From assembly GCA_031409275.1 (NCBI GenBank), contig JANNXA010000050.1, positions 32,001 to 96,000 of the forward strand: a DNA stretch of 64,000 nucleotides, read 5' to 3'. The notes beneath the pieces were generated by a model that had not been told where the DNA came from, did no database searches, and saw only the letters and a program-made list of their open reading frames with translations. The translations under genes were made by a program, and so were the position numbers. Positions within the stretch are counted from its first letter, which is position 1. Every line of letters starts with the position of its first letter. Shown one piece after another: positions 33,568 to 43,188 of this stretch. This stretch comes from Planctomycetota bacterium (GTDB lineage: Bacteria; Planctomycetota; B15-G4; SIAN01).

Positions 33568-35178
33568 TCAGATCGTCCGCTCGTAACGGTCGAGCGCCAG
33601 CTTCCAGACCGGGACGCCGCAATATCGGTCGCCTTCCGGGCAGTACGGGGTGACGCCGCCGCGCAGTCGCAGCAGGCAAGGAGCGCCCAGATGCGCCCCG
33701 ATCCGCGGATCGACCTGCGCGATCTGCTGCGCCTCGTCGAGACTCGCCGCGAAGATCTCCTCCTGCGCGTTGTAACAGAGGCGCGAGACGAGCTTGTGGT
33801 GCAGCGCCAGCAGATCGGCCGACTCGGTGAAACGAATCGAGACGGCGTTGGGAAGCACGTACTCCGCGAACTCCTCGCTGACTCCGAGCGCGAGCAGTTC
33901 GCGGCGGCCGGCGAAGGCGCGCTCGATCGCCGCCTCGTAGAGCCGCTGCGCGCGCGGCTCGAGCCGGACGAGCGCCGGCGTGACGAAGTCGGCATCGTCG
34001 CCGAGTTGCGCGGCGAGGATGGGTCGCGATCCAGGCACCATGCGATGGCGCTGATCCTGCGAATCGGCGGTGTGCGACAGCTTCTTGCGGAAGCTGTAGC
34101 TGACGTGCTGCAGGCAGCGCGACAGCTTGCTGTTCATCCCGATCTTGAGCGACTGGCCGAGCAGCGGATTGCTGGCGGGAGACAGCGCGAGATCGATCGC
34201 GGCGCCATCGGCGAGCGCCGCGCGCGGCAGTCCCAGCACCTCGCGGACGGAGCTGGCCAGCAGCTCCTCCTGGCCCTGCTTCCACCCCACGAGCTTCGAC
34301 GTGCGTCCGCCGAGGCTGTCGTCGAACTCGCGGCGAAACGCCGCTCCAGCTCCGGCGCTCCGCGCGGCAGCGAACGACTCGAAGGCGCGCCACTCGGGCG
34401 TCTCCTCGATCGGCATCGGGTCTTCGACGACGCGGGCGAAGAGCGGATCGTGCTGAACGACCGCGTCCAGCATCGACCGAACCAGCCAGCGCTGCTCGAG
34501 CGGCGTGTCGAACTGGTCGCAGCTGCGGTGGTAGCGCAGGAGGGTCAAGGCGCTGATGGTGTGATACAGGTAGGCGTGGATCGCCACCGGCAGCACGTAG
34601 CGCGCGACCTCCTGCGCCTTCTTCTGAACCGCTGGCCGCCACTTGAGCTCCGTGGCACGGCGAGCGGGGAAGCGGCGGAAGTACTCGGCGGCGGCGACCG
34701 GCGTCAGCAGCTCGGTCAACTGCTGGTAGTCGCTGACGAGGCCGTCGCAGATGGCGCGGAACGCCGCGAGCGCCTGGCCCTCGAGCGGCGGGATCGCGTA
34801 GTGGCCGGGCTTCACCGTCACGTAGCGCTGGCTGACCTGCTCGGAGTTGTAGAAGGCGTGGCTGTGCAGGAAGGACCACAGGCAGTGGCGCGAGATGCGG
34901 TCGATGGTGAACTGGAAGTGGGCGTGCTGCAGTGTGGTGTGATGGCCGGCCTGATAGGTGCTGGCCGCGATGCGATCGCGCAACGCCACCCGCTTCGCGC
35001 GCTGCTCGTCATCGAGCCCGTCTCCCGAGACGTCCTCGACGCGCAACACTCCCTTCGACGAGTAGCACGTCCGTGCCGTCGCGACCGCGTTCTCGTACGG
35101 GCGAGCGAACGCGTTCTCGAGGCGGACGATGGGCACGCCGGAGACGAAGGGGACGAGCGGGGTCGGGGAAGTTGGCAT
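33568..35178 (-). CDS. thyX: FAD-dependent thymidylate synthase with two ThyX-like domains
   Basis: ARTCYS, GHHTTLQH, EQVSQRY and EVARYVLP, then a second half with QRHR, EYVLPNA and RLCYNAQEEI. Confidence 0.82.
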   Translation of the reverse strand: MPTSPTPLVPFVSGVPIVRLENAFARPYENAVATARTCYSSKGVLRVEDVSGDGLDDEQRAKRVALRDRIAASTYQAGHHTTLQHAHFQFTIDRISRHCLWSFLHSHAFYNSEQVSQRYVTVKPGHYAIPPLEGQALAAFRAICDGLVSDYQQLTELLTPVAAAEYFRRFPARRATELKWRPAVQKKAQEVARYVLPVAIHAYLYHTISALTLLRYHRSCDQFDTPLEQRWLVRSMLDAVVQHDPLFARVVEDPMPIEETPEWRAFESFAAARSAGAGAAFRREFDDSLGGRTSKLVGWKQGQEELLASSVREVLGLPRAALADGAAIDLALSPASNPLLGQSLKIGMNSKLSRCLQHVSYSFRKKLSHTADSQDQRHRMVPGSRPILAAQLGDDADFVTPALVRLEPRAQRLYEAAIERAFAGRRELLALGVSEEFAEYVLPNAVSIRFTESADLLALHHKLVSRLCYNAQEEIFAASLDEAQQIAQVDPRIGAHLGAPCLLRLRGGVTPYCPEGDRYCGVPVWKLALDRYERTI

Positions 35179-35237
35179 CGGGGCAGGGAGGATAGGCAGC
35201 GTGCCGCGCCGAAGCGACGCCGCGCCGGTTGCCGCCG

Positions 35238-35936
35238 TCAGCGGCGATGGGTGATGGCGTCACGCGCCAGCTGGTCGACCCGCTCGTTACGCGGGTCGCC
35301 GGAATGGCCGCGCACCTTGACCAGCTTCAGGTCGGTGAACTCGGTCATGAGCGCCTTCACGCGCGCGATGAGGGCGACGTTTTCCTTGGCCTTCCAGCCC
35401 TCCGAGAGCACTCCAATCGCGTACTGGCTGTCGGTATGGACGCGGACCGGGAGGTCGCGCTGCTTCACGGCCTGCAGGCCCGCCTCGATCGCCGTGAGCT
35501 CGGCGATGTTGTTGGTGCCATCCCCGAGGTAGCGCGAGATCTCCTTGGTCTTCCCCTTCCACTCCAGCAGCACGCCGATCCCGGCGGGCCCCGGATTGCC
35601 GAAGCATGAGCCATCGGCGTAGATGATGAGATCGCCGCCGCGAGCGCTCTTCGTTGCCGCCGCCGCCTTGCGTGGGCGCGGAGTCGTGACCGCCTTTCGG
35701 CGGGCGGCCTTCGGCTTCGCGGGCGCCGCGGCCGCGTCGGGCGACGCCGACTCCGACTTCGCCGCTGCGGATTCGGGCGGCAGGTCACGCAGATCCGCCT
35801 CCTTGGCGCTGTAGGTCGTCGCGTCTTCGCGGCGGTAGCGAATCTGGACGAGTCCGCGCTGGCTCACCAGCACACCGGCGTCGTCCGCCTCCGCCCAGAC
35901 CTTGCCGTTCCGGTAGAGCCTCCGCACCAGCGCCAT
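35238..35936 (-). CDS. rnhA: Ribonuclease HI with an N-terminal extra domain
   Basis: YADGSCFGNPGPAG, TNNIAEL, TDSQY, VRGHSG and NERVDQLA. GGAGG RBS. Confidence 0.92.
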   Translation of the reverse strand: MALVRRLYRNGKVWAEADDAGVLVSQRGLVQIRYRREDATTYSAKEADLRDLPPESAAAKSESASPDAAAAPAKPKAARRKAVTTPRPRKAAAATKSARGGDLIIYADGSCFGNPGPAGIGVLLEWKGKTKEISRYLGDGTNNIAELTAIEAGLQAVKQRDLPVRVHTDSQYAIGVLSEGWKAKENVALIARVKALMTEFTDLKLVKVRGHSGDPRNERVDQLARDAITHRR

Positions 35937-36128
35937 CGATCCACCTCCGCGCCCTGCCGATCCCCGCGTCGAATCCGCCGCTCCCGCGACCGGACGGCGA
36001 TCGAGACCATTGTGCCGTGGCGCCGGCACGAAGGGTTTTCCCGCTCCACCTCCGATCGCGAGAAGACCGATCCAGCGAGACAGGCGCGACCGGCAGGTCG
36101 ATCTTCCGCGCGCCACGGAGCATGAGGC

Positions 36129-36890
36129 ATGGCCGACGTTCGCGCCGCCCACGTGGCCTATCAGGTTCATTCCGCGAGCCCCACGGCGATCGCGCCGAGC
36201 GAGCTCGAGGCGATCCTGGCGCGCCACCCCGTCACCACGGGCCACATGGAAGCGAGCTGCTTCCATGGCGCCGACGCGGCCCGCTTCGCCCGCGACTCGC
36301 TGCCAGCGGCGAGCGACTTCTCGCCGCCGCTCGAGTTCGAGGCCTATGCGCGACTGCGACAGGCGAAGTCGATCTGGAACATCGATGTCCGCGAGGTCGA
36401 GCCGGAAGATCTCGGCTACTTGCGCTCGGCGCTCCTGGTGGCTGGCGAGATCGCCGCAGTCACTTCGGCCATCGTGGTCGACACGCTGGCGTACAGCGTG
36501 ATGGGCGCGTCGGACATCGTGCGCGAAGTCGACCGCGCCTTCGACCCGCAGCGGCACGTGAGCATCCACGTCGATCGCGGCGTGCGTCCCTTCTTCGTGC
36601 ACACGCACGGCATGGAGAAGTTCGGCCACGTGGACTTCGAACTCCAAGGCGTTCCGCGCGCTTCGGTGGAGGTCGCACGCCGCCTACTTCGCCATCTGGT
36701 GGCGGCGGTGGTCTCGGGCGGCCAGTTCAGCGAAGGCGAGCAGACCCAGCTCTGCGGATTCCACTTCGCGTTCGGGCGGTCGGAGTGCGACGACGCCGCG
36801 CACTTCAGCAACGGCAGCCTCTGCCTGCGCAGCTTCCGCCTGGTGTCCGGCCTCGCGACACCGGAGATGGAAGGGATGCTGATCGCGTGA
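36129..36890 (+). CDS. Hypothetical protein (DUF4261-like by motif)
   Basis: Typical codon bias and a VHTHGMEKFGHVDFE motif. Family assignment is from memory only. Confidence 0.7.
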   Translation: MADVRAAHVAYQVHSASPTAIAPSELEAILARHPVTTGHMEASCFHGADAARFARDSLPAASDFSPPLEFEAYARLRQAKSIWNIDVREVEPEDLGYLRSALLVAGEIAAVTSAIVVDTLAYSVMGASDIVREVDRAFDPQRHVSIHVDRGVRPFFVHTHGMEKFGHVDFELQGVPRASVEVARRLLRHLVAAVVSGGQFSEGEQTQLCGFHFAFGRSECDDAAHFSNGSLCLRSFRLVSGLATPEMEGMLIA

Positions 36891-36930
36891 TCGGCGGCAC
36901 CGCGCGCCGAGCTCGGCCGGCGCGGGACGT

Positions 36931-39009
36931 TCAGTAGACGCGCGCCGGCAGGATCACCATGGTGAGGCCGCCGAAATGCAGGCGCTTCTGCAGCGCCACT
37001 GCCGTTTCGTTGTGCAGGAAGCGCTGCAGGAACCCCTCGTTCTTGAAGATGACCTTGCCGGCGAAGAAGGTCGCGCGCGGATATTCGCCAGCGACTTCGC
37101 GACAGAGTTGCTCAGCGGCCTCGACGGCGTCGGTCCCGATGGTCAGGCGATGTCCCGACGGCACGCCGAGGCGGCGCGCGAGATCGACGTAGCGGCGCAG
37201 CATCGACTCGGTGCGCTGCTCGAGCCCGTCGACGGCATGGTCACCCTTGAACGCCCCTGAGTCGATCACCCCCACCGACACGAAGATCACGTTCTTGAAG
37301 TGATCCGGGAACGAGCGGAAGACGTTCAGGACGGTGTGGATGCCAAGCCCGCCCCAATTCGAGACCAGGACGACCGCGGTCGGCTGCGTCGGATCAGGTG
37401 CCCGCTCGACGCCGGTTTCGGGGAGCGGCAGATGGGCGAGGTCGGAATAGAGCGCGGAAAGGCGCTTGGCGACGTCGACGTAGTGACGCCGGATCACGAG
37501 GCAAGCGGCAACGCAGGCCCCCGTCACCGCGATCGTCACCCAGCCGCCCTCGGTGAACTTCTCGAAGATGGTCACGACCAGGATGGCGGCGCAGACGACC
37601 GTTCCGGTCACGAAGAGCGTGAGGCGGGCGGAGCGGTGCTCGGGGTCCTTCGTCGTGCGGGACCAGTAGATCGTCATCGCCAGCATCGAAAGCGCGAACG
37701 TCGCGAAGACGTTGATGCTGTACATCGTGACCAGGCGCCCGATCACGTCCGTGCTGCCGTGTCCCGTGGCATCCCCGCCGGTCGCGCGCGCGGCGTAGAG
37801 CAGCGCGAACAGCGAGGCGACCGCCATCGACACCACGCCGTTCTGCGTCGTGAGTCGCTCCGAGAGCGCGGCGAAGCGGCGCGGCGCCCACGAGTCGACT
37901 GCGAGATTCGCCAGCGTGCGCGGACCGGCGATGAATCCGGCCTGCGCCGCCACCAGGAGCAATGCGGCCTCGCTGATCATCGTGAGGAAGACCAGCACCT
38001 TCCCGCCTGGCACCCCCGCAAGGACGTTGCGCGCCAGGATGGAGTTCATCGTCTCCTTCTCGCCGGCGGCAAGCGGCCGAATCCCCCAGAGCAGGTAGCA
38101 GAGGATGAGGCCCGACGCGACGAAGGCCAGCGAGATCGCCATGTAGCGCATCGTCGTCTTGGCGGTGCGGACTCGCGGCTCGCGCAGGATCGACATGCTG
38201 TTCGAGACGGCCTCGATGCCGGTGTACGTGCCGCCGCCGAGAGAGAAGGCCTTGAAGAACAGCAGCAACATCGCGATCGGGCCGAAACCGGGGTCGTGCC
38301 AGTCGCGACGGAAATCGTCCGCCAGCAGTTGCGCGCGCGGCCCGGCGTCGCCGACGTGGGCGACGATGCCGCCGACGATGAGCAGCGCGTGGGTCACCAG
38401 GAAGAGCAGGAAGATCGGCACCAGCGCGACGACCGATTCCTTGACGCCGCGCAGGTTGAGGACGACCAGAAGCACCAGCAACAGCACGTCGACCGGGATC
38501 ACCCATGACTCAGGGAACGGCATCACCTGGCGCAGCACGTCGCGCAACGCGTTGCCCGCTGCCGCGACTGAAACCGTCACCGTCAGCACATAGTCGACGA
38601 GGAGCGCGCAACCCGAGATCAGCCCGATGCGCGGGCCGAGCAGCTTGGTCGAGACGACGTAGCCGCCGCCGCCATGCGGGAATTTCTCGATGATCCGCGA
38701 GTAGCACGAGGAGATCAGGAACACGGTCAGCGCGGTCGCCACCGCGAGCCCGATGGCGAGGTAGGTGTGGCTCTGCAGCGCCTTGAAGGACTCCTCGGGC
38801 CCGTACGCCGACGAGGAGAGCCCATCGGCACCGAGCCCGACCCAGGCGAGGAATGGGATCAGGGAAAGGTGCTGGAGGAGCGTCTTGTCCTCGAGTTCGA
38901 GCGGAGCGCCGAACAGGAGGTGACGCATCCGAACGCGCCAACGCGGCCGCGCGCTCGGCGTCGGATCAGTGGCGGCGGGCGCGGGTCGCGCGGTGTCGGG
39001 TTCGGTCAT
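36931..39009 (-). CDS. APC-family permease (KimA/YdaO-like)
   Basis: DGLSSSAYGPEE, PHGGGGY, LVDYVLT, NLRGVKES, TGIEAVSN and a C-terminal soluble domain. Confidence 0.9.
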   Translation of the reverse strand: MTEPDTARPAPAATDPTPSARPRWRVRMRHLLFGAPLELEDKTLLQHLSLIPFLAWVGLGADGLSSSAYGPEESFKALQSHTYLAIGLAVATALTVFLISSCYSRIIEKFPHGGGGYVVSTKLLGPRIGLISGCALLVDYVLTVTVSVAAAGNALRDVLRQVMPFPESWVIPVDVLLLVLLVVLNLRGVKESVVALVPIFLLFLVTHALLIVGGIVAHVGDAGPRAQLLADDFRRDWHDPGFGPIAMLLLFFKAFSLGGGTYTGIEAVSNSMSILREPRVRTAKTTMRYMAISLAFVASGLILCYLLWGIRPLAAGEKETMNSILARNVLAGVPGGKVLVFLTMISEAALLLVAAQAGFIAGPRTLANLAVDSWAPRRFAALSERLTTQNGVVSMAVASLFALLYAARATGGDATGHGSTDVIGRLVTMYSINVFATFALSMLAMTIYWSRTTKDPEHRSARLTLFVTGTVVCAAILVVTIFEKFTEGGWVTIAVTGACVAACLVIRRHYVDVAKRLSALYSDLAHLPLPETGVERAPDPTQPTAVVLVSNWGGLGIHTVLNVFRSFPDHFKNVIFVSVGVIDSGAFKGDHAVDGLEQRTESMLRRYVDLARRLGVPSGHRLTIGTDAVEAAEQLCREVAGEYPRATFFAGKVIFKNEGFLQRFLHNETAVALQKRLHFGGLTMVILPARVY

Positions 39010-39060
39010 CGTCGAGGAGAGCGCGACACGTGATCGTGCGCGGCCGCTCCTGGTCCTCCG

Positions 39061-39849
39061 CTACTTGCCAGTGAACGCCGCCGGCTGCTTGGCGAGGAAG
39101 GCGTCGAGGCCGATCTTGCAATCGGCAGAGGCGAAGAGCCTGGCCTGCAGTTCACGCTCCAACGCGAGCCCGCTCTCGAGCGGCAGGGCGCCGCCGGTCT
39201 GCACCGCGCGCTTGATGGCGCCGACCGCGGCGGAGGCTTTGTTCGGCGGGCAGAACTGCTGCGCGAACGCCTGGACCTGGGTTGCGAAGTCAGCCGCCGG
39301 GAACACTCGTTGCACCAGTCCGACCCGTTCCGCCTCGGCGAAATCACACGTCTTGCCGGTCACCATCCAGTCGAGCGCGCGCGTCGGCCCGAGCACCCGG
39401 GTCAGGCGTTGCGTTCCGCCGGTCCCCGGAAGCACGCCAAGCGCGACTTCCGGCAGGCCGATCTTCCCGCCGTCTTGCTTCGCGATGCGAAAGTCGCAAG
39501 CGAGCGCGACTTCGAGGCCGCCGCCGACGCAGTGGCCGTTCAGCGCCGCGATCGTGAGCTTGGGCGTGTGCTCGAGGCGCAACAGCGTCTCGTTCGCGTG
39601 CAGACAGAAGTAGTACTTGAACGACGGCGTCATCTGCTGGAGCTTCGCGATCGACGCGCCAGCGCAGAAGAACTTGTCGCCAGCGCCGGTCAGCACGATC
39701 ACGTAGACCGATTCGTCCATCCTGGCGGCGAGGACGCACGCATCGAGCGCGAGCATCATCTCGTGGCTGTAGCCGTTGACCGGCGGATCCTCGAGTGTCA
39801 GCCAAGCGACGCCGCCGCGGATCTCGTACCGAACCAACTGCGCGTTCAC
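39061..39849 (-). CDS. Enoyl-CoA hydratase/isomerase
   Basis: FFCAGA, NGHCVGGGLE and GLPEVALGVLPGTGG. Confidence 0.93.
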   Translation of the reverse strand: MNAQLVRYEIRGGVAWLTLEDPPVNGYSHEMMLALDACVLAARMDESVYVIVLTGAGDKFFCAGASIAKLQQMTPSFKYYFCLHANETLLRLEHTPKLTIAALNGHCVGGGLEVALACDFRIAKQDGGKIGLPEVALGVLPGTGGTQRLTRVLGPTRALDWMVTGKTCDFAEAERVGLVQRVFPAADFATQVQAFAQQFCPPNKASAAVGAIKRAVQTGGALPLESGLALERELQARLFASADCKIGLDAFLAKQPAAFTGK

Positions 39850-40024
39850 GCTTCAGTCTCCACGGCTGCAATGAGGCGCAGAGCTTAGCGGCATCGCCGG
39901 CAGCCCCGGTCGGAGCGCCCCCATCGACAACGGAGCGAGCCGACGGCATGACACCGTCGGCTCGCTCGTGGAGTCTTGAGTCAACTGCCGGGCGGAGCGC
40001 TCGTGCGCAGGGCCAGCGGGCCGC

Positions 40025-40420
40025 CTACTTCTCGAGGCTCGGCCACGGGTCGCTCTTCCAGGGATAACCCTCGGAGAGCGTGTAGAGGTCGATCGGCTGC
40101 AGGTCGTTTCCAGGCGAAATCGACGCGAGCAGGTAGATCGGCGACACGCACGCATCGGCGGCATAGACCACCGTGTACGCGATGTGCTTCAGCATGTGGA
40201 GCGGAATGTTGAGCGGCGCCAGCAGTACCGGCGTCGCGTCCTTCGAGTCCGCACCCCAGTCGAGCGAGTCGTACACGGCGGAGAGCGGCACCGTGACCGG
40301 TGAGGTCACGACGACGGCGAGATCGGTGCCGACTCGCTTGAGCGAGCCGCAACCGGGCAAGCTCAGGCTGGCCGCGGCGGCGAGCGCCGCAAAAGCCTTC
40401 AAGCTGGTCTTCACTCCCAT
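40025..40420 (-). CDS. Small lipoprotein of unknown function
   Basis: GAGGAGG RBS and a signal ending in the lipobox LPGC. Confidence 0.8.
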   Translation of the reverse strand: MGVKTSLKAFAALAAAASLSLPGCGSLKRVGTDLAVVVTSPVTVPLSAVYDSLDWGADSKDATPVLLAPLNIPLHMLKHIAYTVVYAADACVSPIYLLASISPGNDLQPIDLYTLSEGYPWKSDPWPSLEK

Positions 40421-40631
40421 CCTCCTCGATGCCAACCTCCGCCGCATCGGCGCGACGTTGGGGTCCCGGGTTCATCCCCGGGACGTCACTTGCCCCGGCG
40501 GAACACACCACTGCGATTGAGTCAGGTCGTTGGTTCTGCGCTGATCATCGACGCGGCCCGTCACCGGTCGCAAAAGCCATCTGGCCCCCGCCCGAATCGG
40601 ACCGCGTCCTACCGTGCCACCGACTTGCGGA

Positions 40632-40706
40632 TGGAGCCAGAGAAGGGGATTGAACCCTTGACCCCCGCTTTACGAAAGCGGTGCTCTACCGCTGAGCTAC
40701 TCTGGC
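40632..40706 (-). tRNA. tRNA-Thr(CGT)
   Basis: GCCAGAG acceptor stem, TAGCTCAGCGGTAGAGC D arm, CCGCT-TT-CGT-AA-AGCGG anticodon arm, GGTTCAATCC T arm and encoded CCA. Confidence 0.97.
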
Positions 40707-40737
40707 CGATCGTTCACCGTTCCGGCGCGACAGCCTA

Positions 40738-42825
40738 TTACTTCGTCGCGCCACGCAGCAGATTCGCGCGCTCGGCCGAGCCGAGGAACGCCGCGCAACC
40801 CAAGGCGCGGCCCGCCGCGAGGCGAACCGCCGCATTGCTGTCACCCGCCGCTGCATCCATCACGGGCTTCAGCACGTCTTCGGACGGCGCCGCCGGCATC
40901 TTCGCGAAGATGCCACCGAGCGCCCCCGCCGCGGCGACTCGAATCGCCTCCGAGCGCGCGCTGTCGGCAAAGATCGCCGAAACCGCCGGAGCGCTGTCCG
41001 TCAGCCCGAGATGTCCGACAGCCATCAGCACGCCACCGAGGACCGAATCCTCGCTGCGGGCGAGCGCCGCGTTCAGGTTCGTCGCAACTCCGCCGATGGC
41101 CGCTGCCGGCAGATGGCCGAGCATCCCAGCGGCACGTTCCGACGCCGCGAGAGCCGCGGCGCGCTCGTGGTTGAGGTCGGGCAGCGCCGCCTTGACGGTC
41201 TCGACCAGTGCGGTGGCTGCGATCGGGTCGGTGACGAAGCCCTTCACCTTGCCCTTGCCCTCGTACTGCGACTTCACCGTCTCCGCCGAGGCCGCATCGC
41301 TGACGACGATGAGCGCCGCGGCGTTCGCGCGGAAGTCCGAGTCGTAGACGAACTGGTCGAGCGTGACGTCCGCGAGGCTCGCCCGCACGATCACGGCGTC
41401 CTTCGGCGGAACGGTGCGCGACCGGGCAAAGCCAAGCCCGCCGTTGTCAGCGGTGACGACGCTGTAGCCGGCCGCACGAAGCGCCGCAGCCGTCGCGTTG
41501 CGGGACTCGCTGCGATCATCGATCACCAGGACCGTGCGCAGCGCGTCTTCGCCAAGCGCCTGTCCGAGCGCGGTCACGACGTCGGCGCTCTGGTCGCCCG
41601 CCGAGGCGAGCGCGAAGGCGGCTGCGTAGCGGACCGACTTGTAGTTGGAAGCGAGCGCGGCGCGGACGGCGTCGGTCGTCGCACCCATCGACTCGAGCGC
41701 CTTGAGCAGCTCGACCGATGCCATCGAGAGGTCGTTGGCCAGCGCGAAGGTCAGACCTTCCGAGCAGCCCTTCGGGCCACCCGAAGCGATCATGACGTCG
41801 AGGTCCACGTTGGCTTCGGGCGCCTCGCCCTCGGCCCCCATCTCCTTGGTCGCGGCAAGCGACGCCTTCTCGGAGGCGTAGGCCGCGAGCAAGGCGGCCT
41901 GAGCCTGATCGGCGCCGACCGCTGCGAGGCACGACTGCTGGGCGAGCCGGATGTGGCGCAGGACGGCGGGGACCTTGGTCGCCACCACCGCGTCACCCGA
42001 CCAGTTCCACACCGCATCCTTGGTATCGAACGGCGCCACGACCGAGCGGTCGTTCTGGAGGTAGCGAGTCGCCGCCTCGAGATAGAGCGCCGTCGACGCC
42101 GGCAGCGAAGCCGCCGACTTGCCGGTGATCTTCATCAGCGCTTCTTCGGCAGCGCCACGGTTGACCGAGTTCTTGGTGGTCTCAGCGACGCGCTTCAACG
42201 CCGGAACGGCGCGCTGGTCACCGATCACTCCGAGGCACGCAGTCGCATTGCGGACCACTCGCTCGTTCTCGGCGTCGAGCGCCGCGATCAGCGGCAGGAC
42301 CGAATCGCCCGCCATGTGGTTCAGGCAGGTGATCGCCTTGACCCGGCGCTCCTGGTCGTCTTCGTCGCCAAGCACCGCGACGAACGGCGCAGCGCCGTAT
42401 TCGCCATGGTTGGCCGACAGAGCGTAGAGGGCGTCGCGCGCGTCGAGGAAGGTCCCGTTGAGGGCCGCGTCGACCAGCTTGGCGATCGCCTCGGCGTCAT
42501 CGCTCTTCTCGGTGCGAGCCACGGTGGCCAGTTCGAGGAACCGCTTCGCGGTCGACTCGAACTCGCCGCCCTTGGTCAGCATCAGGGAGAAGAGCTCCCT
42601 GCCTGCCTGGCCATAGAGCCGCAGGGCGTCTTCGTGCGAAGGGTTCTCGGCGAGGATTTCCTGGAAGGTCTTCAACGCCTCGTCGAGGCGTCCGCGGAAG
42701 TAGAGATCCGCCCCTCCCTTGAACTTGTCATCGACCGACTGCGCCCTCGCCGGCGCCGTGGCCATGAGCCCGAGCGCGAGAGCGAGGACAACGCGGACCG
42801 AGCCGGCATACGAGAAGGAGAACAT
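40738..42825 (-). CDS. Exported TPR/HEAT-repeat protein with an internal pseudo-receiver domain
   Basis: AAGGAGG RBS, signal ending ARA-Q, HEAT repeats (VRYAAAFALA, VRLAAGRALG) and TVLVIDD...AGYSV. Confidence 0.85.
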   Translation of the reverse strand: MFSFSYAGSVRVVLALALGLMATAPARAQSVDDKFKGGADLYFRGRLDEALKTFQEILAENPSHEDALRLYGQAGRELFSLMLTKGGEFESTAKRFLELATVARTEKSDDAEAIAKLVDAALNGTFLDARDALYALSANHGEYGAAPFVAVLGDEDDQERRVKAITCLNHMAGDSVLPLIAALDAENERVVRNATACLGVIGDQRAVPALKRVAETTKNSVNRGAAEEALMKITGKSAASLPASTALYLEAATRYLQNDRSVVAPFDTKDAVWNWSGDAVVATKVPAVLRHIRLAQQSCLAAVGADQAQAALLAAYASEKASLAATKEMGAEGEAPEANVDLDVMIASGGPKGCSEGLTFALANDLSMASVELLKALESMGATTDAVRAALASNYKSVRYAAAFALASAGDQSADVVTALGQALGEDALRTVLVIDDRSESRNATAAALRAAGYSVVTADNGGLGFARSRTVPPKDAVIVRASLADVTLDQFVYDSDFRANAAALIVVSDAASAETVKSQYEGKGKVKGFVTDPIAATALVETVKAALPDLNHERAAALAASERAAGMLGHLPAAAIGGVATNLNAALARSEDSVLGGVLMAVGHLGLTDSAPAVSAIFADSARSEAIRVAAAGALGGIFAKMPAAPSEDVLKPVMDAAAGDSNAAVRLAAGRALGCAAFLGSAERANLLRGATK

Positions 42826-43114
42826 TTCGAGGACTTCCTCCTTGTCCAAGCCGACCACAGCACGTGGTCGGCGGAGTCGCTGGCAGCGCGAGCCACCAAC
42901 GGAGAGTCCGATCCGCGAGGACCGGCACGGTCTGCGCAAACGCGGTCGCGTCAGCGGGCGCGTCCGAGCATCCCTGGAACGTGGTCATGGAAGGGCCGCG
43001 CCGCCTTCCAAGCGACGCACGAGTGGGCCATATAGGAGCCTACCGCGCGCCGGTAACCACGCCTCAACCCTCGCAACGACAAGCACTTACGCTCGGGTTG
43101 ACGGAAAGGGCGGG

Positions 43115-43142
43115 ATTGTAGCGAGAGCGTTTTCAGGGTCAA
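43115..43142 (-). promoter_or_regulatory. Sigma70-type promoter
   Basis: TTGACC-16 nt-TACAAT on the minus strand, upstream of the HEAT gene and tRNA. Confidence 0.55.
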
Positions 43143-43188
43143 GCAAGCGCTTGATCCCACCGCCGCGACGCGGTCTTATCCCGCGCCC

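Noticed and set aside
40450..40631. Integrated element at tRNA-Thr
   Set aside because: No integrase or phage genes, and I saw no duplicated tRNA 3' end in the window.
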